Source: an uncultured Gammaproteobacteria bacterium
GTDB taxonomy: Bacteria > Patescibacteriota > Microgenomatia > Daviesbacterales > UBA10151
Direction of reading: 5' to 3'
DNA: 64,000 nt
NCBI GenBank assembly: GCA_964649615.1
Contig: CAZYPW010000006.1
Location: forward strand, 12,635-76,634
The stretch's first letter is position 1; every line of letters begins with the position of its first letter. Position numbers and translations under genes: made by a program. The notes beneath the pieces are model-generated. The model was not told where the DNA came from. It saw only the letters and a program-made list of their open reading frames with translations, and searched no databases. Shown in pieces: positions 1-9,270 of the stretch.

Positions 1-1
1 T

Positions 2-961
2 ACAGCTATTTCTGCTTCAGTTGACCAGAGATTGGAAACTTCTACCAGGGTCACTGTGACTTTGGATGATGGAAAAACTGTGGCTGATAACTGTGCTGTT
101 AATACCACCACCCTTACTTTTACAGCCAGAAACCAGTGCATCAAAGACAATAATTTTGCAGCTTCTAATGTGGATGTAAAAATCTTTGAAAATGGTTCAG
201 AACCAATCTTTAGGCAACAAATCAGGTTGGATAAAGATGGCAAGCCTCAAAGCTTTGCTCCTAAGCTGGAAAAAAATAAAAAATATACCATGCTTCTTAA
301 AGCTCCTGGAGCTTTAGCTAAAAAAGTAGAATTTAATACAGGATCAAATAATACCACCATTATTGATCCATTTACTTTGGCTGTAGGAGACATCTATCCC
401 AGGAATAATCCTGATGGATCAGTGAATAACTTTGATATTTCTGAGTTAAAAAGGCAGTGGGCTCCCACTAAAGATACCCAAACTAATGCAGATTTAAATA
501 ATGATGGCAGGGTGAATAATGTAGATTGGTCCTGTTTAAGGCTTAATGTGGGTAAATCAGATGAGGAATTCACTCCTTCTCAAACTTCCCCTCAAACTGT
601 CAAAATAGGCAATAAAGGCAAAGTATTTATGGATACTAATTTGGATAAGGCTCTAAGTTCAGGAGAGCAAACAATTGCTGGAGCAGTAGTTAAGTTTTTG
701 AAAGTGCCAGACAGCCATGTGGTTGGTGAGAAGTTAACTGCCACAGAGCTTGCTGCCTCCTTAGTTTTAGCCCAGGCTACCTCAGATGCTTCTGGTTCTG
801 TTGATATTCAAGTTTCCAGGACAGCTCCGGTAGTGGGGAATTTTAGCTTTGTAGTGGATCCTGGAGCAAATACTGGAAAAGGCGGTGAATTAGATTGGAA
901 AATACTGGAACCTCTTAATGCAGATTCAATCCAGTCTTTTAATATAGCTGTTGAGCCATAA
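2..961 (+). CDS. Secreted dockerin-containing protein, probably 5'-partial. The frame is open back to the window start and the first in-frame start is TTG at 32
   Basis: Two tandem Ca-binding dockerin repeats, NPDGSVNNFDISEL and NNDGRVNNVDWSCL, at about nt 404-557. Ser/Thr-rich, no TM. Confidence 0.55.
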   Translation, partial: TAISASVDQRLETSTRVTVTLDDGKTVADNCAVNTTTLTFTARNQCIKDNNFAASNVDVKIFENGSEPIFRQQIRLDKDGKPQSFAPKLEKNKKYTMLLKAPGALAKKVEFNTGSNNTTIIDPFTLAVGDIYPRNNPDGSVNNFDISELKRQWAPTKDTQTNADLNNDGRVNNVDWSCLRLNVGKSDEEFTPSQTSPQTVKIGNKGKVFMDTNLDKALSSGEQTIAGAVVKFLKVPDSHVVGEKLTATELAASLVLAQATSDASGSVDIQVSRTAPVVGNFSFVVDPGANTGKGGELDWKILEPLNADSIQSFNIAVEP

Positions 962-1004
962 ATAATATGTTGCAAACAAAGCATAAATAGCTTAGTCTAA
1001 AATT

Positions 1005-1595
1005 ATGGATAATATAAAAAAATTATTAACCAAAAAAGTAATCTTGGGAATATTTGCGGTCGTTATTGGGATAGAGTTAATTTGGGCAGCTACTGTTTTA
1101 TTTAAACCCACTTCTCAACCATCTTTGGTAACAAATCAAACAGTTAACAAACAATCAACCACTATTAAATTAGAAACTCAAACACCCCAAGTTAAAGTAG
1201 GCAGCAAGTTTACTGTTTCCATTCAAATGGTTTCAGATAAATTTACAGATGGTGCAGATATATTACTTAGTTATGATCCTAATGTTTTATCTTTAGATCC
1301 AGCGGGAAAAGAGGCTGTGCCGGTGATTTTGGGCGGGCTTTATAATGAATATCCTCTTAACACTGTGGACGCCAAGTTAGGCAAGGTGGCTGTCTCAGGG
1401 ATTGCCACAGAAGATAGTGGAATTTTAGCTAATGGGTTATTTGGTTCGATGGTATTTACTGCAAAAGTAGCAGGCAACAGCCAAATTAGTGTAGATTTCA
1501 CAGAGGGTTCTACCAAGGATTCAAATGTAATAGAAACAGGTACAGGAGAAGATATTTTAAGTAAAGTTGAGAATTTGGAGGTAAATATAGAATGA
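1005..1595 (+). CDS. Cohesin-domain protein with N-terminal TM anchor
   Basis: N-terminal hydrophobic helix. The central domain matches type-I cohesin sequence features (LSYDPNVLSL; ATEDSGILANGLFGSMVFTAKV), as in CipA-type cohesins. Confidence 0.6.
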   Translation: MDNIKKLLTKKVILGIFAVVIGIELIWAATVLFKPTSQPSLVTNQTVNKQSTTIKLETQTPQVKVGSKFTVSIQMVSDKFTDGADILLSYDPNVLSLDPAGKEAVPVILGGLYNEYPLNTVDAKLGKVAVSGIATEDSGILANGLFGSMVFTAKVAGNSQISVDFTEGSTKDSNVIETGTGEDILSKVENLEVNIE

Positions 1596-2398
1596 AACTC
1601 AAAGCTCAAAACTCAAAGCTCAAAACTATAACAACACACCTAATTAAACTAAAGTTTAATTGCAAAAAGTTAAAACTTTTTAGTCTTACACTGTTGCTTT
1701 GCACTTTAACTTTTACACTTTCAGCTTTTCCAGCTTATGCCCAGTCTGCTACCCTGTCCCTCTCCCCTTCCACTGGGACTTATAACAAAGGCTGCAACTT
1801 TCCTTTGGAAGTTAAATTAAATACCGGGGGTGCCCAAACTGATGGAACTGATGCCATTATTTTGTATGATACCTCCAGAGTTTCTGCTACCTCAATAAGC
1901 CCCAATCTGTCTGTTTACCCAGACTTTCCAGGCAACAGCATTGATGAGGGGTCTGGCAAAATTATTATCTCCGGGGTTGCTTCTATCTCTGGATCATTTT
2001 CTGGAAATGCTACTTTAGCCACTATTCAATTTAGCGTTAAAGAAAATGCTTCAACTGGTGCTACTCAGATCAGGTTTGATTTTGATCCTAATGATAAAGC
2101 TAAAACCACAGATTCAAATGTAGTAGAAAGAGGCACTGTAGCTGATATTTTATCTTCAGTTGTGAATGGGAACTATACCATTGGAACTGGAGCTTGTGAA
2201 GCAACAGGTACTGGCACAGGAACTGGAACTGGTACCGGGACTGGATCAAAAGGAGGAGTAGAAGATTCAACTCCCTCTGCTGAGTTTATTCCCCTTAAGC
2301 AGCTTCCTCCTGCAGGATCTGAGCAGCTAACTTTTACGCTAGCCATAGTGGGGATGGTTTTAACTATCTTAGGTGTCTTGGGATTGGCTCTACTGTGA
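1592..2398 (+). CDS. Cohesin-domain surface protein with signal peptide, (Thr-Gly)n linker and C-terminal TM anchor
   Basis: Signal peptide ending AYAQS. Cohesin-like core (ILYDTS; IQFSVKENASTGATQI). GTGTGTGTGTGTG linker. C-terminal LPPAG plus a hydrophobic helix. Confidence 0.55.
   Translation: MKLKAQNSKLKTITTHLIKLKFNCKKLKLFSLTLLLCTLTFTLSAFPAYAQSATLSLSPSTGTYNKGCNFPLEVKLNTGGAQTDGTDAIILYDTSRVSATSISPNLSVYPDFPGNSIDEGSGKIIISGVASISGSFSGNATLATIQFSVKENASTGATQIRFDFDPNDKAKTTDSNVVERGTVADILSSVVNGNYTIGTGACEATGTGTGTGTGTGTGSKGGVEDSTPSAEFIPLKQLPPAGSEQLTFTLAIVGMVLTILGVLGLALL
2205..2246. repeat. ACNGGN hexamer repeat encoding (Thr-Gly)7
   Basis: Linker in the cohesin surface protein. Confidence 0.85.
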
Positions 2399-4296
2399 AG
2401 ATACTAATATTCTTATTTATATTTTTCTTGCTTCCCTCAAATGTTTTTGCCCAAAATGCACCTTGTGCAGCAGAAACTACCAAATGCGGGCAGCCTTCAT
2501 ATGCTAATTGTTCTTCTGTCCAATATGAAACTGATGGCAGGGCTTTTTATACCTGCACCCAATCAAATAACCCAAACTGTGCAGGGACTATATATTGTGC
2601 TTCTGAAAATAAATCAACTTACCAGCCTCCTGTAGCTGTTCCTGCTTCTGCTGTTTGTACACCCAACGCTTTTGATGCTTCCTTATGCAGAAGGTGTGCC
2701 TCAGATGGAAGCAGATGGGGTACCAACGGTTCTGATTTTGGCACTAATTATGGTTCAAAAGCGTGGTGCAGTTGTGCCAAGCAATATGATCCTTCTGTCT
2801 ATGGGCAATCATGTAATCAGCCACCAACTGGGGTAGGAACGACCAATCCGCCTTCAGAGCCAGTGGGAGTAGGAAAAACCACGCCTGTATCTGTCCCACC
2901 AATTACTGTTACCAAAATACAAATTAATGGGCAGGATTTAGATCTAAATGGCAGTTTAAAACTCACTCTGCCAGAAACAATAAAAGAATCTGATGTACAA
3001 AATAAAATTGATGTGACTTACTCAGACAATTCAACAAAATCCTTCTTTATTACCTTTCATTACACACCAAAAATTGATCCAGTTATAGAAGCAGAAAATC
3101 AAACAAAAGATGTAGGTGTATTAGTTTTAAAATATTTCCCATTGGATAGTAGCGGTGCAAATCTTAATTCAAATATTACCGGCATGAGCACCAGTTTGGC
3201 GGCTATTAAGCAATATGTTAATACCCTAACTTTGAAGTCCTTGAATGTCCTAACGGAGGCGAGTATCTACCATGGTTTCAAAAGCAAGTCAACCCCTGCA
3301 TTGAAATATAAACTGGTAGATACAAAGGAGTATCAATTACCCCTGCCTGTTTCGTCAGATAGAGTTCCCTGGAATACTGATAGCTTTAGGCCAGATTACA
3401 AAAAAATGTTAAATGATATAAATATCTGTGATTATGTTGAAAATAGAAATGTTAAACAAGTTTGGGTGTGGGGTTATCATACAAAGGTTATAGAACCAGC
3501 AGAGTCAAATATGTCTATGGGCAGAGATTCAAGCTCATTTTGGCCACAACAAACTTATGGAGATATTAGTAATAGTGAAAGAAGTGATGATTTACCGATT
3601 TGCCAAAAAACCTATGTACTTTATAACTATAATTATGAACGTGGGCTTGGCGAGGTTTTAGAAGACCACGGCCATCATATAGAAGCTGTTTTAAGTTATG
3701 TTAATTACGATCTTTTTTGGAATTACTTCGTTAGGCCTCATGGAACTCAAGACGGGGTGAATAATTGTGGATGGATGCATGCTCCTCCTAATGTAACAGA
3801 TGAAGATCAATATAACTGGACAAGTAAGTTTAGGGTTCAGTCTGCTTGCTCAGACTGGAAGCCGGACGGATCTGTATCAACCAAAAGCATCGACTGTACT
3901 ACTTGGGCGGGAGCAGACTGTACTAATGATATGGGGGCTAGTTTTAAGGTTTGGTGGATGCAGAATTTACCTGGAATGGATAATGGTTTAACTTATCAGG
4001 GAAGAAAGTTAAGGAACTGGTGGGTTTTTATTGGTGATTTTGATAATGCCATAGCTTCTGGAAAAGCCTTAACTGCTAAAACTCCAACTGAAGCAAGGAC
4101 ACTTTTTAGAACTCAATCAGCGCATACAGAAACCCAATATATCCCTCCTGCTTCCCTGCCGCATCCTCACGAACCGGTTGAGATACCTGAAGTACCCAGT
4201 GCACCTGAACCTTTAGAATTAATAGATTTTAACAGTGATGGGCAGATCAATGTTTTTGACCGGATTATATATGTTAGAAAACAGTTAGGGTTATGA
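2395..4296 (+). CDS. Large Cys-rich secreted protein with C-terminal dockerin-like repeat
   Basis: GTG start overlapping the upstream stop. Signal peptide, many Cys in the N-terminal 150 aa, C-terminal DFNSDGQINVFD Ca-loop motif. The passenger domain is unassigned. Confidence 0.5.
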   Translation: MKILIFLFIFFLLPSNVFAQNAPCAAETTKCGQPSYANCSSVQYETDGRAFYTCTQSNNPNCAGTIYCASENKSTYQPPVAVPASAVCTPNAFDASLCRRCASDGSRWGTNGSDFGTNYGSKAWCSCAKQYDPSVYGQSCNQPPTGVGTTNPPSEPVGVGKTTPVSVPPITVTKIQINGQDLDLNGSLKLTLPETIKESDVQNKIDVTYSDNSTKSFFITFHYTPKIDPVIEAENQTKDVGVLVLKYFPLDSSGANLNSNITGMSTSLAAIKQYVNTLTLKSLNVLTEASIYHGFKSKSTPALKYKLVDTKEYQLPLPVSSDRVPWNTDSFRPDYKKMLNDINICDYVENRNVKQVWVWGYHTKVIEPAESNMSMGRDSSSFWPQQTYGDISNSERSDDLPICQKTYVLYNYNYERGLGEVLEDHGHHIEAVLSYVNYDLFWNYFVRPHGTQDGVNNCGWMHAPPNVTDEDQYNWTSKFRVQSACSDWKPDGSVSTKSIDCTTWAGADCTNDMGASFKVWWMQNLPGMDNGLTYQGRKLRNWWVFIGDFDNAIASGKALTAKTPTEARTLFRTQSAHTETQYIPPASLPHPHEPVEIPEVPSAPEPLELIDFNSDGQINVFDRIIYVRKQLGL

Positions 4297-4297
4297 T

Positions 4298-4558
4298 ATG
4301 AACCAAAAAGGGTTAGCACATATTATTTTAATAATTATCCTGGTAATAGGTTTAATTGCTGTCCTGTATTTAGTGCAGCATCCTCAAATCTTCAAACCAA
4401 AAGCATCTTCAAATCCTGTTTTGGATGCTTTTGAGATCAAAGATGCTGAAGGTAATTTGCTCACCTGTGATAGTAATGCTAGTCCTCCAGTCTGTACTAC
4501 TTCTACAGAAGAGGTAACTATTACAGTCAAAGATTTAGAGGCTTTAATACCAGAGTAA
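4298..4558 (+). CDS. Small membrane/secreted protein, hypothetical
   Basis: N-terminal TM helix. Tightly coupled downstream of the dockerin protein. Confidence 0.4.
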   Translation: MNQKGLAHIILIIILVIGLIAVLYLVQHPQIFKPKASSNPVLDAFEIKDAEGNLLTCDSNASPPVCTTSTEEVTITVKDLEALIPE

Positions 4559-4580
4559 TTTGTCGTACAATATTTTTTAG

Positions 4581-5504
4581 ATGGCTGCCCAACTATCCTC
4601 CTTAATTACTGATTTTTTAGAATACTTAGAATTAGAACGCAATGCTTCTCAACTGACTATTAAAAACTATAGCCATTATTTAAAGAGATTTTTACTCTTT
4701 GCAGGAGATATTACACCTTCAGAAATTGATTTAAGTTTGGTCAGAAAATATAGGCTGTATCTGGCCCGTTTTACTGATCCTCAAACACACAAAGGCTTAA
4801 AAAGAATTACCCAAAATTATTTTATGATTGCTCTAAGGGCATTTTTAAGGTATTTAGCCAGAGTTGATATTGATACCATATCTCCAGAGAAAGTAGAGCT
4901 TGGCGGGTCAGATCCCAGGCCGCTAAAAGTGTTAGATGAGGCTCATTTAAAATCTTTGCTAGAGGCTTCAGATACCACTAAAAAAGATGGAATCAGGGAT
5001 AGATGCATACTGGAGATGCTATTTTCCACAGGTTTGAGGGTTTCAGAGCTAGCTTCTTTAAATAGGGATACTATTAATTTAAATAGAAGAGAGTTTGGGA
5101 TAGTTGGTAAAGGTGGCAAAGAAAGAGTGGTTTTTATCTCTGGCTCCGCTGCAGGTTGGTTAGAAAAATATTTAAATGTCAGGAAAGACAGCTTTAAACC
5201 TTTATTTATCAGATTTCAAGGAAAGGTAGATCCTTCTAATAATGGTGAAGCTATGAGGCTAACACCAAGGTCTATAGAAAGAATTGTAGAAAAATATGTG
5301 AAAAAGTTAGGGCTTCCTATTAAAGCTACTCCCCATACCTTAAGGCACTCTTTTGCTACAGATTTATTAATCAATGGAGCAGATATCCGCTCTGTCCAGG
5401 AAATGCTGGGCCACTCCTCTATCCAAACCACCCAAATTTATACCCATGTCACCAATCAACACTTAAAAGACGTCCACAAAGCATTTCATTCAGGAAATAA
5501 ATGA
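4581..5504 (+). CDS. xerC: Tyrosine recombinase XerC/XerD family
   Basis: Phage-integrase catalytic motifs: HTLRHSFAT, LLINGADIRSVQEMLGHSSIQTTQIYTHV. Confidence 0.85.
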   Translation: MAAQLSSLITDFLEYLELERNASQLTIKNYSHYLKRFLLFAGDITPSEIDLSLVRKYRLYLARFTDPQTHKGLKRITQNYFMIALRAFLRYLARVDIDTISPEKVELGGSDPRPLKVLDEAHLKSLLEASDTTKKDGIRDRCILEMLFSTGLRVSELASLNRDTINLNRREFGIVGKGGKERVVFISGSAAGWLEKYLNVRKDSFKPLFIRFQGKVDPSNNGEAMRLTPRSIERIVEKYVKKLGLPIKATPHTLRHSFATDLLINGADIRSVQEMLGHSSIQTTQIYTHVTNQHLKDVHKAFHSGNK

Positions 5505-5525
5505 CTTTCTGCAATGAACTACCCC

Positions 5526-5903
5526 TCATTTACCTAGCCTAACTTTTTGTAAATCTATAAGCACTGAATTTAAGACTGTTGAAACAACAGCCAAAACTAT
5601 GCTGGCTAAAATGGCTGGGACCCATCCAGCTATCATTACTCCTGGCACCACTGCTGAGACAATAAACAGCATGACTGCATTTACCACAAAGGTAAAAAGC
5701 CCTAAAGTAACTACAGTTAAAGGTGCTGTCAAAAATGCCAAAACAGGCCTAATGAAAGTATTAACAACACCCAAGACTATCGCAGCAAGCACTGCTGTGG
5801 TGAAGTTGTCAACGCTAAATCCAGGAACTACATAAGTAGTAGCCATTAAAGCTAGCGCATTTAAAACTAAAGCAATAACAATTTGCAATTTAATCACCTC
5901 CAC
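5526..5903 (-). CDS. DUF360 / phage holin family 4-like membrane protein
   Basis: Four TM segments with a VVPGF...NTFIRP pattern typical of the YvlD/DUF360 family. Confidence 0.6.
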   Translation of the reverse strand: MEVIKLQIVIALVLNALALMATTYVVPGFSVDNFTTAVLAAIVLGVVNTFIRPVLAFLTAPLTVVTLGLFTFVVNAVMLFIVSAVVPGVMIAGWVPAILASIVLAVVSTVLNSVLIDLQKVRLGK

Positions 5904-5964
5904 TTCTTACCTTAATCATTACTTAAATAAGAAGAAATTGTCAAATCTCTGATACAATATATTT

Positions 5965-6519
5965 ATGGACAAAAAAGCCAGAAGCATTCTTTTAAAAACC
6001 TTAGTTTTTATATTTAGTATAAGTTTAGCATGGTTTTTAGTTAAAAGCGGTTATTTGCACAGCTGGGTGGAGACAGTTCTTCCCCACCAGTTTATAGGAG
6101 AGTTTATAGCTGGCGCCCTTTATACTTCATTTCTTACCTCACCAATTGCAGTTGCTATGTTTTTAGTGATTGCTCAAGAGAGTAACCCGATCATAATAGC
6201 TCTAGTAGGAGGTTTAGGGGCAGCTTGTGGAGATATTTTAATTATAAAATTGTTTAGGGATAATTATAAAAATGATGTTGATAATGTTTCTAAACAATTG
6301 CACTTAAAAAGAATAAGTATATTTTTAAGGCTGTTTCATTTTGAATTTATCATTCCTGTGATCGGGGCAATAATTATTGCCTCCCCTTTCCCAGATGAGA
6401 TTGGACTATTAATGCTGGGAGTCTCCAGGCTTAAATATGGAGAGATTGCCAAGATAAGTTTTGTACTAAACTCCGCAGGAATTTTGTTGATTGCAGCACC
6501 GATTAATTTACTTACATGA
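5965..6519 (+). CDS. Integral membrane protein, hypothetical
   Basis: Multiple TM helices. No recognisable catalytic motif. Confidence 0.4.
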   Translation: MDKKARSILLKTLVFIFSISLAWFLVKSGYLHSWVETVLPHQFIGEFIAGALYTSFLTSPIAVAMFLVIAQESNPIIIALVGGLGAACGDILIIKLFRDNYKNDVDNVSKQLHLKRISIFLRLFHFEFIIPVIGAIIIASPFPDEIGLLMLGVSRLKYGEIAKISFVLNSAGILLIAAPINLLT

Positions 6520-8888
6520 CAGGATTAACAAGCGCTGAAGCAAAACAAGCTTTGGAAAAATTTGGGCCCAATCTTCTCCCTCAAAAAGGCGGTATCTCTA
6601 TCCTAAATATTTTTATCAACCAAATCAAAAACCCTTTTACTATTGTTTTAACTACAGCTATTGTACTTTCCTTCATTGTGGGAGACAAAATTGATGGCAT
6701 CCTGATTGGAGCCATACTGGTTTTAAATACCTTTTTGGGGTTTTGGCAGGAATACAAAGCTTCAAAAGAGCTTGAGGCTTTGAGAAGCCTTGAGGTTTTA
6801 ACCTCCAGAATAATAAGGGATGGCCGTGAAGTGGAAATATCAGCTTCAGAGATAGTACCTCAAGATGTGGTTATTTTAGAAGCTGGAGATAAAGTTCCAG
6901 CAGATGGAAAATTATTAGAAAGTTATTCTTTGCAGGTTAATGAATCTATTTTAACCGGGGAATCCTTGCCTGTTATTAAGAGCCGAACACATCCCTCCTT
7001 CGGAGGTAAAAATGATGAGGACCAGCTTTTTTTTGGAACCACTGTGATTTCAGGAAGAGGAAAGTTTCTTTGTTTACAAACAGGCCTAAATACCCGTTTT
7101 GGCAAAATTGCCCAAACTTTGGCGGAGGTTAAAAGCGAGCAAACACCCCTGGAGATTTCTTTATCTAAGTTAATAAAAGGTGTCAGTTTAGTGGTAATAA
7201 TTGTGACCATCCTAGTGTTTTTGGTGAGATTTTTCCAAGGGTTTGAATTAGCTGAGGTGTTGCTGTCAAGTATTGCCTTAATGGTAGCAGCTGTGCCAGA
7301 AGGGTTGCCTGCAGTGGTGACTATAGTTTTAGCTTTGGGGGTGAGAAAAATGTATCAAAGAAAGGCTTTGGTTAGGAAGATGATTGCGGTGGAGTCTTTA
7401 GGTGCTGCCACAGTTATTTTATCTGATAAAACAGGCACTTTAACTAAAAATGAGATGAGGGTGCAAGTTACAAAGGTAAACAAAGGTTCAGAGGGTGATT
7501 TACTTAAATGTGCAGTGCTTTGTAATAGTGCTAATTTGGTGCTCAAAGAGGACCCGCTTCGCCCGCGACTTGCGTCGACGCAGGTGCGAAGCGAGGCGAG
7601 TGGTTTTGATATTTTAGGAGATACCACTGAGGGGGCTTTACTTCTATGGGCAAAAGACAAAGGTGAGGAGATAGAAGCTTTAAGGTCTGAGGGAAAGCTG
7701 CTTGAGGAAATCCCCTTTTCACTGCAGACTAGAAAGATGACTGTGATCTGGGAACATTCTGGGAAAAAAGCAGCATATACCAAAGGGGCTCCTGAAGTCA
7801 TTTTAAAAGAAGTTAAGCTGCCTGAAAAAGAATTTCTGGTTTGGGAAAAAGAATACCAGAAAATGGCCTCAAAGGGCTTAAGGGTTTTAGGTTTCTCTAA
7901 AGATGAAAAATTCTTAGGGTTAATTGGTATTGCTGATCAGATAAGGGAGGAGGCTAAGGAGGCCATCAGGCTAGCCAAAGGGGCTGGAATTAAAGTCTGT
8001 ATGGTTACAGGAGATAATGAGCTGACAGCTAAAGCAGTCTCTGAACAGTTAGGCTTGCTTGAGGAAGGAGATGAGGTTTTAACAGGGGCTCAACTTAATT
8101 TACTATCTGATGAACAGCTGAAGGAAAGAATAGATAAAATTAAAGTTTATGCCAGGATTGAGCCTTTGGATAAATTAAGAATAGTAAAGATATACCAAAG
8201 CATGGGAGAAGTGGTGGCAGTAACTGGAGATGGGGTTAATGATGCTCTGGCTTTAAAACAGGCCCAGATTGGGGTTTCTATGGGCAAAATTGGCTCTGAT
8301 GTTTCCAAAGAAGCTTCAGACATCATTTTATTAGATGATAACTTTGCTACTCTTGTTTCTGCTGTGGAACAAGGCAGGGTTATTTATGCAAATATCTTAA
8401 AAGTAATTAAATTTTTATTAACTGGGAATTTATCAGAAATTTTACTGATAAGTGTGGCCTCATTTTTAGCTCTTCCCACTCCCCTTCTGCCTACCCAGAT
8501 CCTTTGGATAAACTTTGTTTCAGATGGGCTGCCTGCGCTGTCTTTAGGATTTGATAACCCTTCCTCACATATCATGAGAAATTCTCCTAGAAAGGGCAAT
8601 AATATTTTGGGGGTATCTATGGTAAGATATGTGCTTTTAGGTGGGATATCAATTGGGGCAATTTGTCTATTAACTTTCTATTATATTTATCAAAACTTTG
8701 GGGTAGAGTTAGCCAGGACTATAACTTTTACTCTACTGGTACTGCTGCAGATGATTTTACCTTTTATTATCAGAAGGCATCACTCTATTACTTCCAACAA
8801 AGTGCTTTTATTGTCTGTAATTTTAGTATTAATTATGCAAGCATTAATTCTAACTGTGCCTCAGTTAAGATCTATTTTTAAGATCTAA
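6516..8888 (+). CDS. P-type cation-transporting ATPase (Ca2+/P2-type)
   Basis: DKTGTLT phosphorylation motif, TGDGVNDALAL hinge motif, N-terminal Cation_ATPase_N-like region. Carries a GC-rich in-frame insert at 7553-7603. Confidence 0.9.
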   Translation: MTGLTSAEAKQALEKFGPNLLPQKGGISILNIFINQIKNPFTIVLTTAIVLSFIVGDKIDGILIGAILVLNTFLGFWQEYKASKELEALRSLEVLTSRIIRDGREVEISASEIVPQDVVILEAGDKVPADGKLLESYSLQVNESILTGESLPVIKSRTHPSFGGKNDEDQLFFGTTVISGRGKFLCLQTGLNTRFGKIAQTLAEVKSEQTPLEISLSKLIKGVSLVVIIVTILVFLVRFFQGFELAEVLLSSIALMVAAVPEGLPAVVTIVLALGVRKMYQRKALVRKMIAVESLGAATVILSDKTGTLTKNEMRVQVTKVNKGSEGDLLKCAVLCNSANLVLKEDPLRPRLASTQVRSEASGFDILGDTTEGALLLWAKDKGEEIEALRSEGKLLEEIPFSLQTRKMTVIWEHSGKKAAYTKGAPEVILKEVKLPEKEFLVWEKEYQKMASKGLRVLGFSKDEKFLGLIGIADQIREEAKEAIRLAKGAGIKVCMVTGDNELTAKAVSEQLGLLEEGDEVLTGAQLNLLSDEQLKERIDKIKVYARIEPLDKLRIVKIYQSMGEVVAVTGDGVNDALALKQAQIGVSMGKIGSDVSKEASDIILLDDNFATLVSAVEQGRVIYANILKVIKFLLTGNLSEILLISVASFLALPTPLLPTQILWINFVSDGLPALSLGFDNPSSHIMRNSPRKGNNILGVSMVRYVLLGGISIGAICLLTFYYIYQNFGVELARTITFTLLVLLQMILPFIIRRHHSITSNKVLLLSVILVLIMQALILTVPQLRSIFKI
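7553..7603. repeat. Family-5 GC-rich nested palindrome CGCTTCGC..TGCGTCGACGCA..GCGAAGCG
   Basis: In-frame in the P-type ATPase (DPLRPRLASTQVRSEAS). About 70% GC in a 35% GC gene. Confidence 0.75.
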
Positions 8889-9270
8889 ATATGCCCTATA
8901 GTTTGACATAAAATATCCTCCAGGAGTATAATTCCTAATATGTCAGAAAGAATTAATCCTTCAGAAGATCCTAGTCTATTAGATCTATGAAAGATAGTGT
9001 TATGGAGATTTGGGGCTTTATTCATCAGCCAGATTTTAGCGATTGGTTAGTTAATCATAAAGGCCAGGTGGCAAGAAAATTATTACTTCTAGGAGGATTA
9101 GGAATAGTCACCCTATTTGGTTTTAAGACACTAAAAGATACTTATAATCACTAGCAGAAAACCCCGCTTTCTTAAAACGGGGATGAATGCTAAAGTGATT
9201 ACAGTCTTCCGCGGGATAGGTGGTATATAATCCAACTAGTCCCACCTCCGAGGTAGGAGTGATCGGACAC

